Positions 14,166 through 29,071 of a stretch of DNA of 64,000 bases are shown here, one piece after another. The notes beneath the pieces were generated by a model. The model did no database searches, was not told the DNA's origin, and saw nothing but the letters and a program-made list of their open reading frames with translations. Position 1 is the stretch's first letter, and every line of letters starts with the position of its first letter. The stretch comes from Eledone cirrhosa (taxonomy: Eukaryota). The DNA lies in NCBI GenBank assembly GCA_964016885.1, contig OZ024742.1, positions 298,964,001-299,028,000 on the forward strand, read 5' to 3'. The translations under genes were made by a program, and so were the position numbers.

Positions 14166-14699
14166 TATCTCTCTCTCTATCTCTCTCTCTCTGTATTTGA
14201 TGGAGATAAAATATTTCTACCAAATATCAGACTATTTCCCATCTTAATAAGAAAAGTAAAGTATGAAAGTAAACGACTTTACTTTATTCTTTATTCCAAA
14301 CATTAAGCCAGCCTTTAGCTACATTTCCTTTTCTCTCTCTCTACATGGAAAGCACTAACATACGAATATACGTAAAAGGAGGAAACCTATATTCTTCTTA
14401 CAAAATTCCTTATCGTTATGTAATTTACATTGTTTGGTATCACTATTATTTTTATCATTATTATAAGGTTTATCAAAAGTTTGGCGATAAAGAAAACCTT
14501 TCCAGGTTGTGTTTGAAGAGAAAAATCAAGTTGGAGAGATGCGAGCTGCCTTCCAAACAATTTGTTGACATGTGGGTGAGAGTGGCAAGCAAGGCCTGAG
14601 TTGATGGGCCTGGTCTGTGTATGCGCCCGACGTTACTTTACTTTCTGTTTTGAAGGCTCCAACTGTTATTCGTATTTCTATCACCATTTGAGTGACAAG

Positions 14700-14866
14700 A
14701 ATTGCTTAACGTCCTTAAACGTTCTGATTTCAAATGACGGCGAAGCTAGCTTTGCCTTTCATCCCTACGGTGTCGATAAAATAAAGTACAAGTAACGCAT
14801 TGGGGACGATTTAATCGACTTTCCCCTCCTCCACAATTGCTGATCTTGTGCCTAAATCAGAAACCA
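14700..14866 (+). mobile_element. Degenerate SINE family A copy
   Basis: TTTGCCTTTCATCCCTACGGTGTCGATAAAATAAAGTAC...TTGTGCCTAAATCAGAAAC. Confidence 0.7.
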
Positions 14867-15962
14867 TTATTATTATTACTGCTACTTTTATCACGATGAT
14901 AATCATTTTAAATTCATCAGAAATCTTGTTGTTTATTTCCCATTATATATTACAATTAACTCTTAAATATTTTGATTTTGTTTTTACGACAGCAAATACT
15001 GGAATAAAATATTAGCATGTTTGTTTTCTCGCCCCATTATCCGTCTACACAGAACTTTCCAGAACGATAACGTTTGGAAATCATGAAGATAAAAAAAAAC
15101 TGCACTGCTAACGTTTTTCGTTTTGTATTTCAATTAGCTCTTAATTACCGTTTTATAGGCCAAGTGATTTCATTCTTACACCAATTACAGTTAATGCATC
15201 GTTTTAAATTGAGGAAACACATACTGCAAAAGAAACTGATATTTTATTTTTGCCTGCACAAATTATCTGAATTGTGTAAATTGAGAGAAAATACGTCGAA
15301 GACTTTGCATCATACTGGTAGAAAATTGATCTCTTATTCTTACCAACATAAATTGTCTAAATATTAATTCAGTAAGGAAAGAGTTTCAATCGATACAACA
15401 GAAATACATTCTTACAGTGTTAACTTTGGAATTAAACTTAATATTCATGTTAATTAAAGCAAGCTGTGTTTTCCAACAGGAATCTTTGCAGCTTTTGTTT
15501 AATTTAAAACAAAAATATATTTATTGTTTTGAAAGTTTAAGTTATAATCCCCATTATCAACTCAGCCGATCTATGGCTCAATTGCTTATAATAAAATTTT
15601 GAAGGGATGAGAATTAGTTCATAGGGTTTTCGATTTACTGTCAAGATATCAGAACCATGCGACACGTTATTTAATGAACTTTGTTCCAGGTCACACAGCT
15701 AGCAGAATCTGATTATAGCTGTAATATGGCACACTAATTCTCCCTGGAAAATACGCTAAAACTATATACATGCTTGTAAAATACTCAGACATTTGCGCAT
15801 TAAATTCACGAGTGGATTATATCGTTGTTCGATATTTTGATTTTGTATTTACTCCACCAAAGTGGCTAATTAAACACCCACGGGCTTTCTGCGAAAAAAA
15901 AATCCGTTTCATTCGCTACTCACTCTCGCCTATCATTGTATTTCTTCTTTTATTTATCATTC

Positions 15963-16000
15963 TTTTATCTCATGAAGGACAAACGACCGAAACGTTAAAA
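15963..16000 (+). ncRNA. Degenerate minimal hammerhead-like motif upstream of a (TA)n run
   Basis: CUCAUGA-A-GG..CC-GAAACGUU; the core has G5C and stem I is weak; TA repeats begin ~90 nt downstream. Confidence 0.35.
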
Positions 16001-16096
16001 CCCATTTCCTACTATATCAAGCGCTAAAATAATATATGACGTACGGTATCGTTTTCCTGTGTTATTTATCCGTTTAATTTCCGCATATAAATATAC

Positions 16097-16138
<42 letters not shown>

Positions 16139-16150
16139 ACATTTATATAT

Positions 16151-16184
<34 letters not shown>

Positions 16185-18651
16185 GTTTGTATATTTATAT
16201 ATATGTGTGTGTGTGCGTGTGTGTGTGCGTGCGTGTGTAGTATGTTTTTGAAGAAATATGTAATTAGATATAAGACATGATTTTATATCAGATTTTCTCT
16301 CTCCTGTCTATAGCCCTCCCATTTTCTTTCTCTCTCTCCTTCCCTGGCAATGGCTAATCTATGTTACCTCGTTATTTGCCGTTTCTTGTTTATTTCTCAA
16401 AAGTTGCTGACAAAATACCCAGCTGCTGGGGTATATTCTGAACGAGAAATTACTATCTTTAATATGCCAAGAACTCTGACATCGTTTGATGTCTTTTAAC
16501 AATTTACTTTCTCCTTATAAAACTGCAGCATGTTTCATATAACAAATTAACATCGTTTTACGGTCAAAATATTTACCGTTGAATCAAAACTATGATATTT
16601 AAATCTAATTGACTGTAACGAAATTAATAATCAATTATCTGTATTTTTTTTTTCCTAATCTACTGGAATAAATTATCTTGGTCCCCAAACCGGGATAACC
16701 TAATTTTGAAATCTGTGATATACACCAGAGGATATGCACTATCATACACCTACACAAGCGTGAAATAGATTAATGGTTTTCTGCGCTCCACAGAATTTAT
16801 ATTTGAAATAAATGAAAATGTGTAATATGCAGAACTTCCCGAGTAGATGATACAGTATGATCAGGGACCGTGCTTAAAATATAGCTTCCTAAGCTAGCGC
16901 TAGAGTGTTCACTCCTTTGTTCAGTTATGTGTTTCATTCTTCAAAATAAATGTATTTCAAATTCAAGATTGACACTGAAAAACCCGGTTTGTGAGACTCC
17001 TTGCGCTAAACTTACTATAAAATTACTAAGTCTGTATTATCTATGACACAGCCTAAACAGACCTTCGCTACATCATGTTATATGTAAACATCATATGACT
17101 ATCGCTTTGGATATTTCGACAACACTGCTACGTGGTAAATATGTTAAGTGATTTATTTGTTGATCGAAATATATTAATACATATTTACATTAACTATACA
17201 AATTTGTTTAAACTTGTAATACTTTGAGGATCAGTAACTTGACTTCCTGTGTTCTACGTCCTAGGTGGCTGCCTAGTTGGCCTAATAGCAATGCCGACCA
17301 TGGTCAGGTGTTATGAAAGATTTACTCTTCCTTCAATTAGCATTTTATAAGACAAATCGATATATCGAATCAAGCAATACAAGTGTAATTTAGTCATTTA
17401 CAAATGGTGACGATGAACATTGCTGGTATATACACATAGACAGACACCGACATACACTCATACTTAAAATACATGGCAAATAAGCATATTTTCATTGGTG
17501 TATTTTAAATATTATATATGTACGTGGTGGGTACGTAAGTGCGTGCATGTGTGGGTATGTGGATGTAACTGTGTTAAAGCGTTTTCGAAGTTGACGTACC
17601 ATAGCAGAAGAAAATTAGAAATATATTGAGTTCTAGCATGCTTAATAACTGCATAGAAGCAGAAGTAATTTATAAATGCGATTCAGATCAACAATCTTTA
17701 TTCCTCAGTTAAAACAGTGCGTAACTGATGCCAATTTAGATCTTTGCTTTAGAGATATATCGGTTCCAAATATTTTTATTATATTCAATAATAATAAGCA
17801 AGTTTCAAAACATTGATTAAATTTGTATTCTTTCTTCATGAAACAGGATCCTGTATAGCTCTAGCTAGAACGTGTTGATTTGTCGATGTAAAGAGAAAAC
17901 AATATATGTAACTCACAAGAATATAACAATTGTTTTTCAGTAATATTTTGTATTTACGCTATCACAAAAAATCAAGCATTATTAAAAAGAAAACATTTTC
18001 AAAATGAAATAACGAATTTTATTGTTGTATATATATTTAGAGAGTTTTCAAAATAGCCTTAAGTTTCGTTATAGCCTTAAGTATGGATTTATACATAAGG
18101 TAGTGAAATATGAACATTCGACAATATGTGGGAGCAACACAATGAAGACCACTGAGAAGTGATACAATAAAATAGATCTCAAAACAAAGCAAAACTAATG
18201 AGCATACAATCACAATTCTATATATCTAAAAGACTATCGTGTTGTATATACGTCAAAGGCTGGAGTTGCATCTAGTGCTGCATACGAGACTTGTCTATTG
18301 TTGTTGAAAATATGATGAGAATTCTCCTTTCCGATTAGAAATGTCCTTCATAAAATGTTTCTCTATTTAATCCTAATATTATTATGTATTTAGACCCTAT
18401 TCCTTTTCGTATTTTCATTTTATTTCGTTCTGTCGTGTGGTTTCCTTAGTGGTTTCAGTAAATTGAACAGAAATGACAAGATTCAACACTCGTTGTAAAT
18501 TATAAGATGTGAAAATGTGTAAACTTTAAATATTATTTAATTGACTATAATTGAACATACTTCGTTATTCTATCAACCCAAACACGGGCGTAATCAACAT
18601 GATTGGTGATAGTTTGCAAAAAGAAAAACCATAATGTATGGGACTTTAAAA

Positions 18652-18815
18652 GAGTCATAGGCAAACTGCGGCCCGCTAGTCACATACGGCCAGTTTGGCT
18701 TTCCGAATGGTACGCCTAATTTCAAAATTGCCTTGAATTATTTAGTAGTGCGGCCCACCTAATGATGAGTCACAATCTATGCGGCCCACTGCTCGAAAAT
18801 AGTTGAGCATGCCTG
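18652..18815. mobile_element. hAT (Charlie-like) MITE
   Basis: Degenerate TIRs GAGTCATAGGCAAACT / AGTTGAGCATGCCTG, subterminal GCGGCCC motifs, and 8-bp TSD-like flanks CTTTAAAA / CTTTATAA. Confidence 0.6.
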
Positions 18816-21433
18816 CTTTATAAGATCCAGAAATTTGACAACAAAACCAACACATTAATTTCAGAACAAAAAAGGAGTAAATAAGAGAAAAAACGGAAAA
18901 GAAAATTGTGGCGGGTGGGGCGGGGACGTGGTAAAAATTGAAACAAAAACAATTTTCTCTAATGAGGCTATACGAGTTTACAAAAACACGAAAAATAAAA
19001 CAATGCTTGTGATTTCAGTATTATTTTAGAATAAAGTACGTTTTCGAAATTCTCAGACTTTGCTTAATGAAAATAATGTATTTATTAGATTAACATAGAA
19101 ATTATTTCTTGTAATTAAAAGCAAAGTTTTGATGTTAGATGTAATATTAATTTTAATTAATGTTTTTTGTTTTGTTTTTTTTGTTTTTTTTTTCACCTTT
19201 ATTCACAATTACCTGTCTGTCTTCCTAAATTATTGCGAAAAGTAGAGAATAGTAACTGGGAAGATATTTAGCAATTCTAGTTTACTAGAGATAATTAAAT
19301 AAAGTATTATTAATTTGTCTCATCTAACGTTGTAGTACATACTGTGGTGAGGCGAATACGAAAATCTTTAGAATGGGAAATGCATGTATTCATTATTTCT
19401 TATAAAACACTAAAATCGACGATATTGGTTACACATACTGATTATATCAATATATAGTATTTTGCTTTGTTCTATGTGGTATTGAAAACTACAAGAAAAC
19501 AATTCGCAATGAGACTTATCCAAGAGCAACTAACTACATAAATCAAACTTACAACACAAAGGAACTGGACAGAAAGAAGGCGCTAGTTGAATATTAGAGG
19601 GTATAAAGCCCTTCTTGATAATATTCCACAATCGACTTATAAAACCTGCAGACAAAGCAATTCCGAAATTCGCTCACAAAAGGAAAGTATGAAATAATCA
19701 AACAAATATCTTTATCTGATCAGTAAAATATAAAAGGAGAATTGATTAGGTACCATAATAGAAAAGTAATCGCACAAGAGTAAAATAGAGCAAAAGCTGT
19801 GGTAAAACAGAATGTAATGACAAAACAACATACTCTACAATCCAACAGAGATTAAGTAACAGTAAACAAATATTAGATAAATCTAAAAGTGCCAAGAAAT
19901 ATGAACATGAATGAGCCAAGTGAATGAATGACAATGGTTTAGAGAAAAAATAACAAACGAAGATAAATAAATGTATGAATACAGTCAATATACAAATTAC
20001 AGTAATCTACAAACCAGCAAATATACAACATAAAACAAATCTCTAATCAATCAATCAAGTTACCTGTGCTTCATAAATAATTAGAGAGCAAACAAACTAA
20101 ATGTACGTCACAGCGTAAATCATAGAACAGAGCCTACTTGGAAAGAGGAGGTATATCTCACGAGTTAAAAAATATTTAGAAGCAAAGTTAAAAATCTGGA
20201 ACTTGAAGACGTTCAGGATAATAAAACCATTAAATCATGACGAATACCTAGGTTTGAAAACGAATAAATTACTCCAAACGAATTAAAGTTTTTTGAGGAG
20301 ATAAACGACGTTTTTACATCAGAATATAAATTCATAAAACAAGAGAAAAATTAAATCATCTGACATCACGAGAGAGGAATATAGTAGAAATCAGGAAAGG
20401 AAAGGCCAATTGAAAACCACCTGGTGTAGACATAAGCTCCCCAAATAAAATATCTGTCGGACGAACAATCAATTTTTCAACCAAAAACCAAAGAGTCATT
20501 TTCCTTGTGTATTTAGCTAGAATTCTCATGATTCTCAATTATAATAATTTTATGCTAGACTGGAAAGAATGTAGTAATTGAGTCACATAACTATCAAATT
20601 AATTCATTGCTTTCCAAAACAGCAGTTATATTGGATTTATTCACAAAGAGACAGAGAAAAACACAACGTTTTATCAAATCATTAGATAGCAAACGGCAAT
20701 AAATAGCAATTTTAAGAAGGTTTTTAGGGTTAATTGGGAACAACGAACGTTTGTCAAAAGAAAAGAAAACATATTCTAATACTAATTTTGATTATAACGA
20801 ATACAGGAAAATAATGCATGAATGTATTTGTTTTTAGTAACAAATACAGGAACATAAATTAACCTTGTGTTAAACACAGACAATAAAATTAGACAAACGG
20901 AAAAATGAATATCACCCACACACATAAAAAGGCAGTGTTGTAGGTTGTTTTGAAAAGATCATTATACGTTTTACAAACTCTTGGGTGTTACGTCTATCGC
21001 GTCATTACAAGCTATTGAATACACATAGAAAATAAAATATCAAATATTGAAAGTGCATTCCGATTAACATCACCAGCTGCTCCAAACTGTTGAATGCATT
21101 GCTGTAACGAGAACCTTTTGTTGGATTCTAATATAATTTTCTACCGTCTCCTTGAGCAACCAAAAATAGGCTTAATTTAAAAACCATGTATTGAAGCCAG
21201 ATAAATCTAATTTTGAAATAGATGCTTTTAATATTTTTATTGCAATCAGCAATTATCATTGAGAAATTTAAATCGTATGCTATCCAGTATAATTTCTATA
21301 TTATTGTTATTGTTATCATCTCCCTATAAATCAGTATTGCTCTAACATACTGAGGATTTTATTCTTACCTTCAAACCTTGAATGAATGGAGAACATACAC
21401 ATATGATATTTTCAAAATGACAGCTTTCTGGAA

Positions 21434-22267
21434 TACGTGATGTGTCAGAAAAGTAACAGGACGTAGAGTGCTGTGTGATAGGGATTATGAATTTGCGTCA
21501 CAGTGTGACGTAATATCCGGGAAGAATATAACTGCGATCTAAGCTCTCTGCAGCCATTGTATGTTTTTTCAGGTGCTTTTGTTAACATCTCCTCAATTTT
21601 AAACTATCATTCAATGGGCACAGGGCAACGAACAAACCTGAAGTTTCTGGTTCGGCTGGGGATAACTCTGTTAAAAACACTCGGAATACAGCAACAAGTG
21701 TACGGAGATGAGACGATATCACGCTTTCGGATTTTCCAGAGGCACAAAAGGTGCAAATAGGGCGCAAAAACGTGGAAGAATGAGACCAACGCTGAGACAC
21801 AGGGCAAGACAATTATCCAGTATGTCTACAAAGAAATCCTGTGGCATTTGCTTCGATCAGTAAGCGAAAAGAGGCGAGAGATTTTCAGGACAGCTCGTGG
21901 CTGCTTAACCTCGACAACGCACTGGCTCACAACACTGAAATTCAGCAGTTCCTGACCAAGAAGAACACCACTGTCCTGGAGCGCCCTCCCTACTCAACCG
22001 ACCAGGTTATGTGTGATTTATTCCTTTTCTCCAAGTTCAAAAGGGTTATCAGGGGAACCAGTTTTCCGGGCGTTAAAGCCATCAAAAGAACCGTAGTGAC
22101 GGAGCTACTGTGAATCCCGGGAGAATCCTTCCAAGAGTGCATGGAAGCGTGACCGATAGGTATGGGAAGTTGCGTTAGATTTGCGGAATATTATTATGAA
22201 AAGGAAAACATATAGTTTGTAATTTGGATTTGAAATATTTCCTGTTTCTTTTCCAAGAGACCTCGTA
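21434..22267 (+). mobile_element. Internally deleted mariner transposon
   Basis: TIRs TACGTGATGTGTCAGAAAAGTAACAGGA / TCCTGTTTCTTTTCCAAGAGACCTCGTA; transposase remnants QRTNLKFLVRLG..QQVYGDETISR (HTH) and LDNALAH..PPYSTD..CDLFLF (catalytic end). Confidence 0.88.
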
Positions 22268-25200
22268 CATATAAATCTGTGTCGTTTCCAAAATATTTTA
22301 GCGAGTTATCTCTTGGGGCGAATTTAAGGTCTGCAGTTGAGTATCCCAACATTCGTTATATTTCGATTTCAATTCAATACAGTGAGCAAAAATCGACAAT
22401 TTAGATTGTCTGAGTTTTAATCGACTATAATTAATGTAAACCAATTGTAAACCAATTGTAAACCAATTGTATTGCCCTCAGAGGAAGGAGATAGTTTTGT
22501 ATTTGATGTATGAAATGATATAACTATATATTAGCACGATGTTGTCCGTTTCTGCTTCTACTCTGAAATCCATTGTCCTAATAATACCGATTTACATCCA
22601 GTAATCCTGCAGAGCCACAGTTTGGCACATTTGCGCTTGCTTTTGCTTCTGGTTTATAAGTAGGTATCTTGATCCATAATAAATGCTTGTAGTTGCAAAT
22701 TTCAAGTCACCTTGAGAAAGCGCAACAACTTTAACATTAAATCTATGTAGCATTCTTTATAAAAACGTCTGACTTTTAAATTATTCTTGGCCATATAATA
22801 GACAGACATTTACACAGAATACTTCCGATAAACTTTCTTCGCAATCAGAATATTTTATTTGAAGAATACTTTAGACTAATTCTTCTAAATATGTTCATTC
22901 GTTACGTCTCAACATCGTTCCTTTTATTCAGTTTGTTGCTTCTAAAATAACACGCAAATATATCTGGCGGCTGTATAATTTGTGGAATAGGATCACTAGA
23001 AATTATTCTATCTTTCTTCAGACAACAATAGAGACTAAATACAAATTTTTGACATCCTTGAATTTAACCTTTAGTAAAGTAACTTTAGTCAAGTTCTTCA
23101 GTACAAAAGTCAACCGTATTATAAACTTATTGGTGACTCAATATCTAAATGTTAACATTAATTTTCTTTCTTATTTAGCTTTTTATTTTATTATAGAGTC
23201 GTCGTGGTTTTGTTTTCAATATATCTAACATAAATAACTGTTATTCATAAAATATTAAAATTGGATTTTTCAAAATCAAACAATTTATATTTATTCTTTG
23301 TAAAACCGTATTTCTAATGATTATTTTATATTACTTACGAATGGAAAATAACGTATATTTTTCATAATAAATATATATGCAAAGCAGAGTATGGAAGAAA
23401 ATATCAGTTGAATTTAATATAGGTATATGTACAAATTATAAATCACACTGTAAACGTTTAACCAAACGTGAAAGCATTCTGTTATCCTCTTTGTACAAAT
23501 AAAGACATAAAACGTCTCTTTACATGATTCACAACTAATTTTCCATTCATCCCTTCTCTCTACGAAGACAAGTATAAACAAACGCTATTGATATCGAACA
23601 CAAGCTAGCATAATTTTTCTAATGTGCATTGGACAGTGCTGAACAAAGGGTATATACAATCTAAGCTAGATTTTTAAAACGGAATGTCAATGTTTTCACA
23701 TCTCTCTGTATTTTCAAGGCGAAGCTTATGAACTGTTGATAAGCACCTAATATAATGTATTTTACATATATACTCAATGCAAATGAACCAAGTATGAACT
23801 TCATTTTATCACATTTCTCCTTTCGTATGAATTAGAATTATTGTAGTTTTTCCTTCTCGGCAAATTATATATATATTAAATAGGCTGAGATAGGTAGCGG
23901 AATCTGATCCATTTGGCAGGGATTCTACTAACAGAGGAAAATTATCTTGAAAGGTATATAAGTTCCTATTAAGATTAAGAGAGAAATGTACTTTGTTCAT
24001 AAGTACATTTAAAACTTATATTTGTAATTTTCATCAGTTATTATTTAAAACATATATTTGTAATTTTCATAAATATATCTAAAACTTTTATTTGTAATTT
24101 TCATTGATGTTTATTTCTATTGATAATATTTCTATATCTATAATTGTACCATTCATCGAAATACTTTTAGTCTGAATGTCAAAATCAATTTTAAACAATG
24201 TAAGTAATAGAATCGAAAATAAAGTAAAAGATAGAGGTGGTGAAATGAAGTAGAGAAGAAAGGAGAGTTAGAGGAGGGGAGGGAGAAGGGGAGGTAAATA
24301 GATAGAAAACGAGAAATAGTATTAATATTCTTAAAAACAGTAAAATACAAAATTTGAAGATCTGGTTATCAGTTTCGTACAAATGCGTACATTTCTCTGA
24401 CTCTAGAAGAAAAGAAAATCATGTATTTGTGATTACATTTCATGTGAGCAGAACAAACGATAACTTCCAATAGTTTCAAATAAGGATAGACTCTGAAAGT
24501 ATTATCTCGCCACAGATCACGTTACGGTTAATGCGTACAATGCCTGCACTTATATACAACACATTCTGCTTTCTAATTCTTATTCATCGCTCGACAACCA
24601 TCATGATCATCTCAACTCAGCGAATACAATCGTATGAATTAAAGAATATTTCCTACTTTCCTTTATATAAGGTGAAGTTAAGAAATGAAAAAAAAGACTA
24701 TTAGATCGGAATTCATAAAGCGGAACTTATGAGAGTATAAAAGACGATTATATATGATAAGTAAATCTTTTATTTCGTTTAATACTTTACTTTCAGAACC
24801 AATACGTGTTTAGATTCTGTACATAGAATTATAACATAGAGACTAATAGGTGAATTGAATTACAATGGTGTATTACACATTTTTATGAATATTTTTGTTC
24901 TTGTTTCGGCAAACAACATTCTATCAAATATATGTCTTCGTCATTCAACAGTTAATGCTAAGTAGAGATTTAATTATTCTATGGCAGATTAAAGAGGAAA
25001 CATTTTCTTTTTGTTATGTGTGTCAGTACACCAAATATTCTTCAGTACGTCACATGAAGTTTTAATTTTTTTATCGTAATCATGCTTAGCTAGATTTCTT
25101 ACATAAGGCGACGGTTTAACAGGGCCGTTAGAAAAATGGTTCCGAAACTATTTTGTTTTACTCATGGTGCACCTTAGACAAAGGAAAACTGCTTTTGCAT

Positions 25201-25409
25201 ATTTTGTACATAAATCTGAAAATGTATTCAAAAGAGCTATTTACACGGATTCGCAGAACATAATGCAGAGATAGAGATTATTAAGATGCAAACTATTTGT
25301 AGTTTCTTGTTTAGTCAATAAATGGAGTAAAGTTATATATATAAACTTTATTAGAATTTTCTATTTGTGTTTTTCACATACTCAGACATCTATACAGATA
25401 CACAGAAAG

Positions 25410-25509
<100 letters not shown>

Positions 25510-26084
25510 AAGCATTGGTTAGAAGGCGCTACAATATTTGTTGAAATGTTTTACTGAGGTCGGGCCCCGTTCTAGGTAGCATCGGCTTCGACGACGAAAT
25601 TACACGCCAAGTGTCGAAGGGGAGATAATAATTGTGATTGTATGAGCGTTTATGTGTAGGGGGTGCATGAATGTGTACAAAATATTAGTCCATATGTTGT
25701 ATCTTTATAGATATATTCCAGCTCTTAATAATACAGGCGTTTAATGACGCATAGGGAATCAGACACTAGTAGGCTATATAGTACGGATTCATATCAATAA
25801 CTATGGAGTAAAAATGGGAAAGCACTAAAACAATGCCTAAACATAATTGCCTAGATATTATTCCTTTCATTGTGTTGTTATTAGCTTTATTGCTCTATTA
25901 TTCAGATATAAATAACATCATAAAAAGCTATAAATTTCCTCGTTAACTTCCTATTTTCTGAAATTTGATGCTGTTATTCCCTCATATAATGCTATCTCTT
26001 TCATAATATATATATGCGCACACACGTGCACCTGCCCACGAATGTACGCATATATTAACTAAGGAACGATCGACTTTCGTCATA

Positions 26085-26275
26085 TCGGACCGAGGAAACA
26101 ATTCTTCCATTGGTCTTTCCAATTGCTAATACTATCTATCGGTCGCAACTCCAGGTAGAAGGAGCAACGTGAAATAAAGTGTCTTGCCCAAGGACATAAC
26201 GCATCGCCTGGTTCGAGAATCCAACTCACAACCTCACAATTGCGAATCTAGTTCTCTAACCACTCGGTCACACGA
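26085..26275 (-). mobile_element. tRNA-derived SINE (family B)
   Basis: Minus strand has a GTGACCGAGTGGTTAG head followed by GTCCTTGGGCAAGACACTTTATTTCACGTTGCTCC; related pieces at ~35130-35405, ~36130-36270, ~37370-37550. Confidence 0.7.
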
Positions 26276-26284
26276 GTGTGACGC

Positions 26285-26700
<416 letters not shown>

Positions 26701-28432
26701 ATGAATATAATATATAGTATATAAGATATAATGTTTCTGTGTGTGGAAATGTGTTAACATAACTGTTTGAAAGGAAGGTAACCACAGTTTAAAGCAAATT
26801 CATCACTAACCGAATGGAGTGGGAAATGGCAACCTTTACAAGGTCCACCCTGTACGGAATTCATTCCACCTGATGCCGTTGCTCGATATGTGCTCTATAT
26901 ATGATAACTGAATATACATTTTTTATTCATTAAATGAATTACTCTTACCGGTATAGCTCTGTTTACTTCTTTAAAAATTTGCCTATATTTTCAATTTGCC
27001 ATTCCTTATTCTAAGCGTTCGTATAGATAACTGTGCACTCATGCGTTAACAATACCGTCAAACCCAACTAATTTATCCCTTCTTCTCTGCATCTTTACAC
27101 TGCGTCATCTTATTGTCCTGTTACATCTGTTGTTCCATTGTTCGAACAACTGAAACACAGGTTATCGTAACTAACAGATGTTCAACATATCCATACAAAT
27201 TCCTTTCAATTTTCTGCTCATAAAATATTGACTTTACAAAAAAAAAAAGGAAATAAATAAAAGATATCCTATTGATTTTACAAACACGAAAATGCCTATG
27301 TACTTCCACAAACATGACTGTTTAGCTTAACTGATATAAATTATGATCTGTTATATTTTGTTTGAAATCTGTTATATTTCAATGTCTTCATAGATCACGT
27401 GCTGTGTAACGCTTATTGCATTATCTAACAAATGGAATCCGCAAATACTTATATTTTGGTGGTATTTACAAACTAAAATAAATGTTATAACAAACTATAA
27501 TTTTACAAACTAGGATTGAAAATATGCTTTAAAACAATTCCTTTTCATACTGATGATCATCTGTTTTTAACAGTTTTTTTTTTATCAAAGTACGACCATA
27601 TGCTGCAATTCCGTAATCCCTGAAACTTATTATCAACAATTCTATTAGAACACAGTATTATGAAAATGAAATAATCATTATATATACAAGTGAACATTCA
27701 TTAAACCACTCTATAACAATAGTTTCAAGCAAGAATAAATAGCTAAGCATAGCTCTGAGTGTGTCTGTGAATGTCTGTTTATATAAAGTATGTGAGTATG
27801 TATATAATCTATGTTTGTGTAGATAAAGTATTTAATCCACACTCATACCAATTCCGATATATGCATCCTTAGTCGACCCGAAGTCAAGGTGATATGAGGT
27901 TCTTTGAACAATGGCCTTAAACATATTTCAGAATAGGTTTAGGATTTGACGAGTAGATATGTTTATAAATATTAATATGACAGTAACAATTCCGATTCTT
28001 GTTTGGCGTGGTTGTAGAATAACGTAATGTATGACATCATTTATTAATCAGTGTAACCAAAACCATGGTTTTCGTTGCATCACCAATAGATGAATGCTTA
28101 TTATATATACGCTGTATTTTTTGTCTCATTAATCGAACTTTATTTGCGTTTAAAGAATGATATGAAAGTTTCTGGAACAATACGACTTAGAGTATACACA
28201 AATATTAAACAATTAGCTACATCGATTCCATATTGAAATGGAATATCGATTCCCTGTCAATCCGTGGATAGAATTATTGACCAAAATTGACCTGACACTA
28301 ACTAGTTCACAATTGTTTTAAATCAATTTGGTTGCCCGAAATTACCCCCATCTCTATTCTCGGCAGTAACTCCTTCATACTTGCAGTCTCATAGCCTCTC
28401 ACTTTGTCAATTCATAACGTCAATTGAAAAAA

Positions 28433-29044
28433 CTATATATCTAAAACAGAGAATGTCTGTCTGTGTGTCTGTCTATCTGTCAGTTCTCTAAAACTCGAGA
28501 ACCACCCAACCGAGTGTTTTCAAACTTTACACATACTTATGGTCCTGTGAGTGGTTTGAGCAAAAGATATTTCAAATTTTCAATGCCCTATCAATGCGAT
28601 CTCTCTCTGTAATTCTTAGTCTTTTTTTTAGATAGATACATAGATATAACGTTGCGCCCTTATAATATCTATATGTATGTCTGACTGTCTGCATTGCGAC
28701 ATTATGGCGCTGTGTGTGTGTGTATATATGTATATATAGTGTGTGTGTGTATATATATATATAGTGTGTAACGTTTTTCGAAATATTTACTTCTGCGTTC
28801 ACAGATTGATTATTTTAGTTTCAGAAGATCCCGTTAAGGGTGAAAGCAGCGATTCTTTGCTTAAACTTTAATCTGTTATTTTAATATATATATAATTATA
28901 TATTCGTGTACAGATATGTTTGCATATACAATAACAAAATATAAACAAACGTATATATTTCACGAGGCTCGATAAGGATAAATATATATCAAATATATAA
29001 GAACACTAGAGCCAATCCCGAGCAACGCCGGGCCATTCTGCTAG
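28433..29044 (+). mobile_element. Non-autonomous Helitron
   Basis: 5' CTATATATCTAAAAC..TGTCTGTCTGT start; 3' hairpin CCCGAGCAACGCCGGG followed by terminal CTAG and a T flank. Confidence 0.65.
28801..28876 (+). ncRNA. Type I hammerhead-like motif with CAGAAGA core, in a ~115-bp truncated element (28768-28884) ending in (TA)n
   Basis: ACAGAUUGA..AGUUU CAGAAGA U CCC-GUUAA-GGG U GAA AGCA..UGCU U AAACU UUAAUCUGU; all three stems pair and there is a second copy at 40016. Confidence 0.7.
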
Positions 29045-29071
29045 TTGTTTATATCTAAAATTCTTTAAATT

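Noticed and set aside
19500-20900. A-rich region with a KPPGVD-like fragment, possibly an old LINE
   Set aside because: Too degraded to assign motifs or boundaries.
22435-24105. Short tandem duplications (11-bp unit x3 at ~22435; ~37-bp unit x3 at ~24010)
   Set aside because: Ordinary slippage duplications with no further structure.
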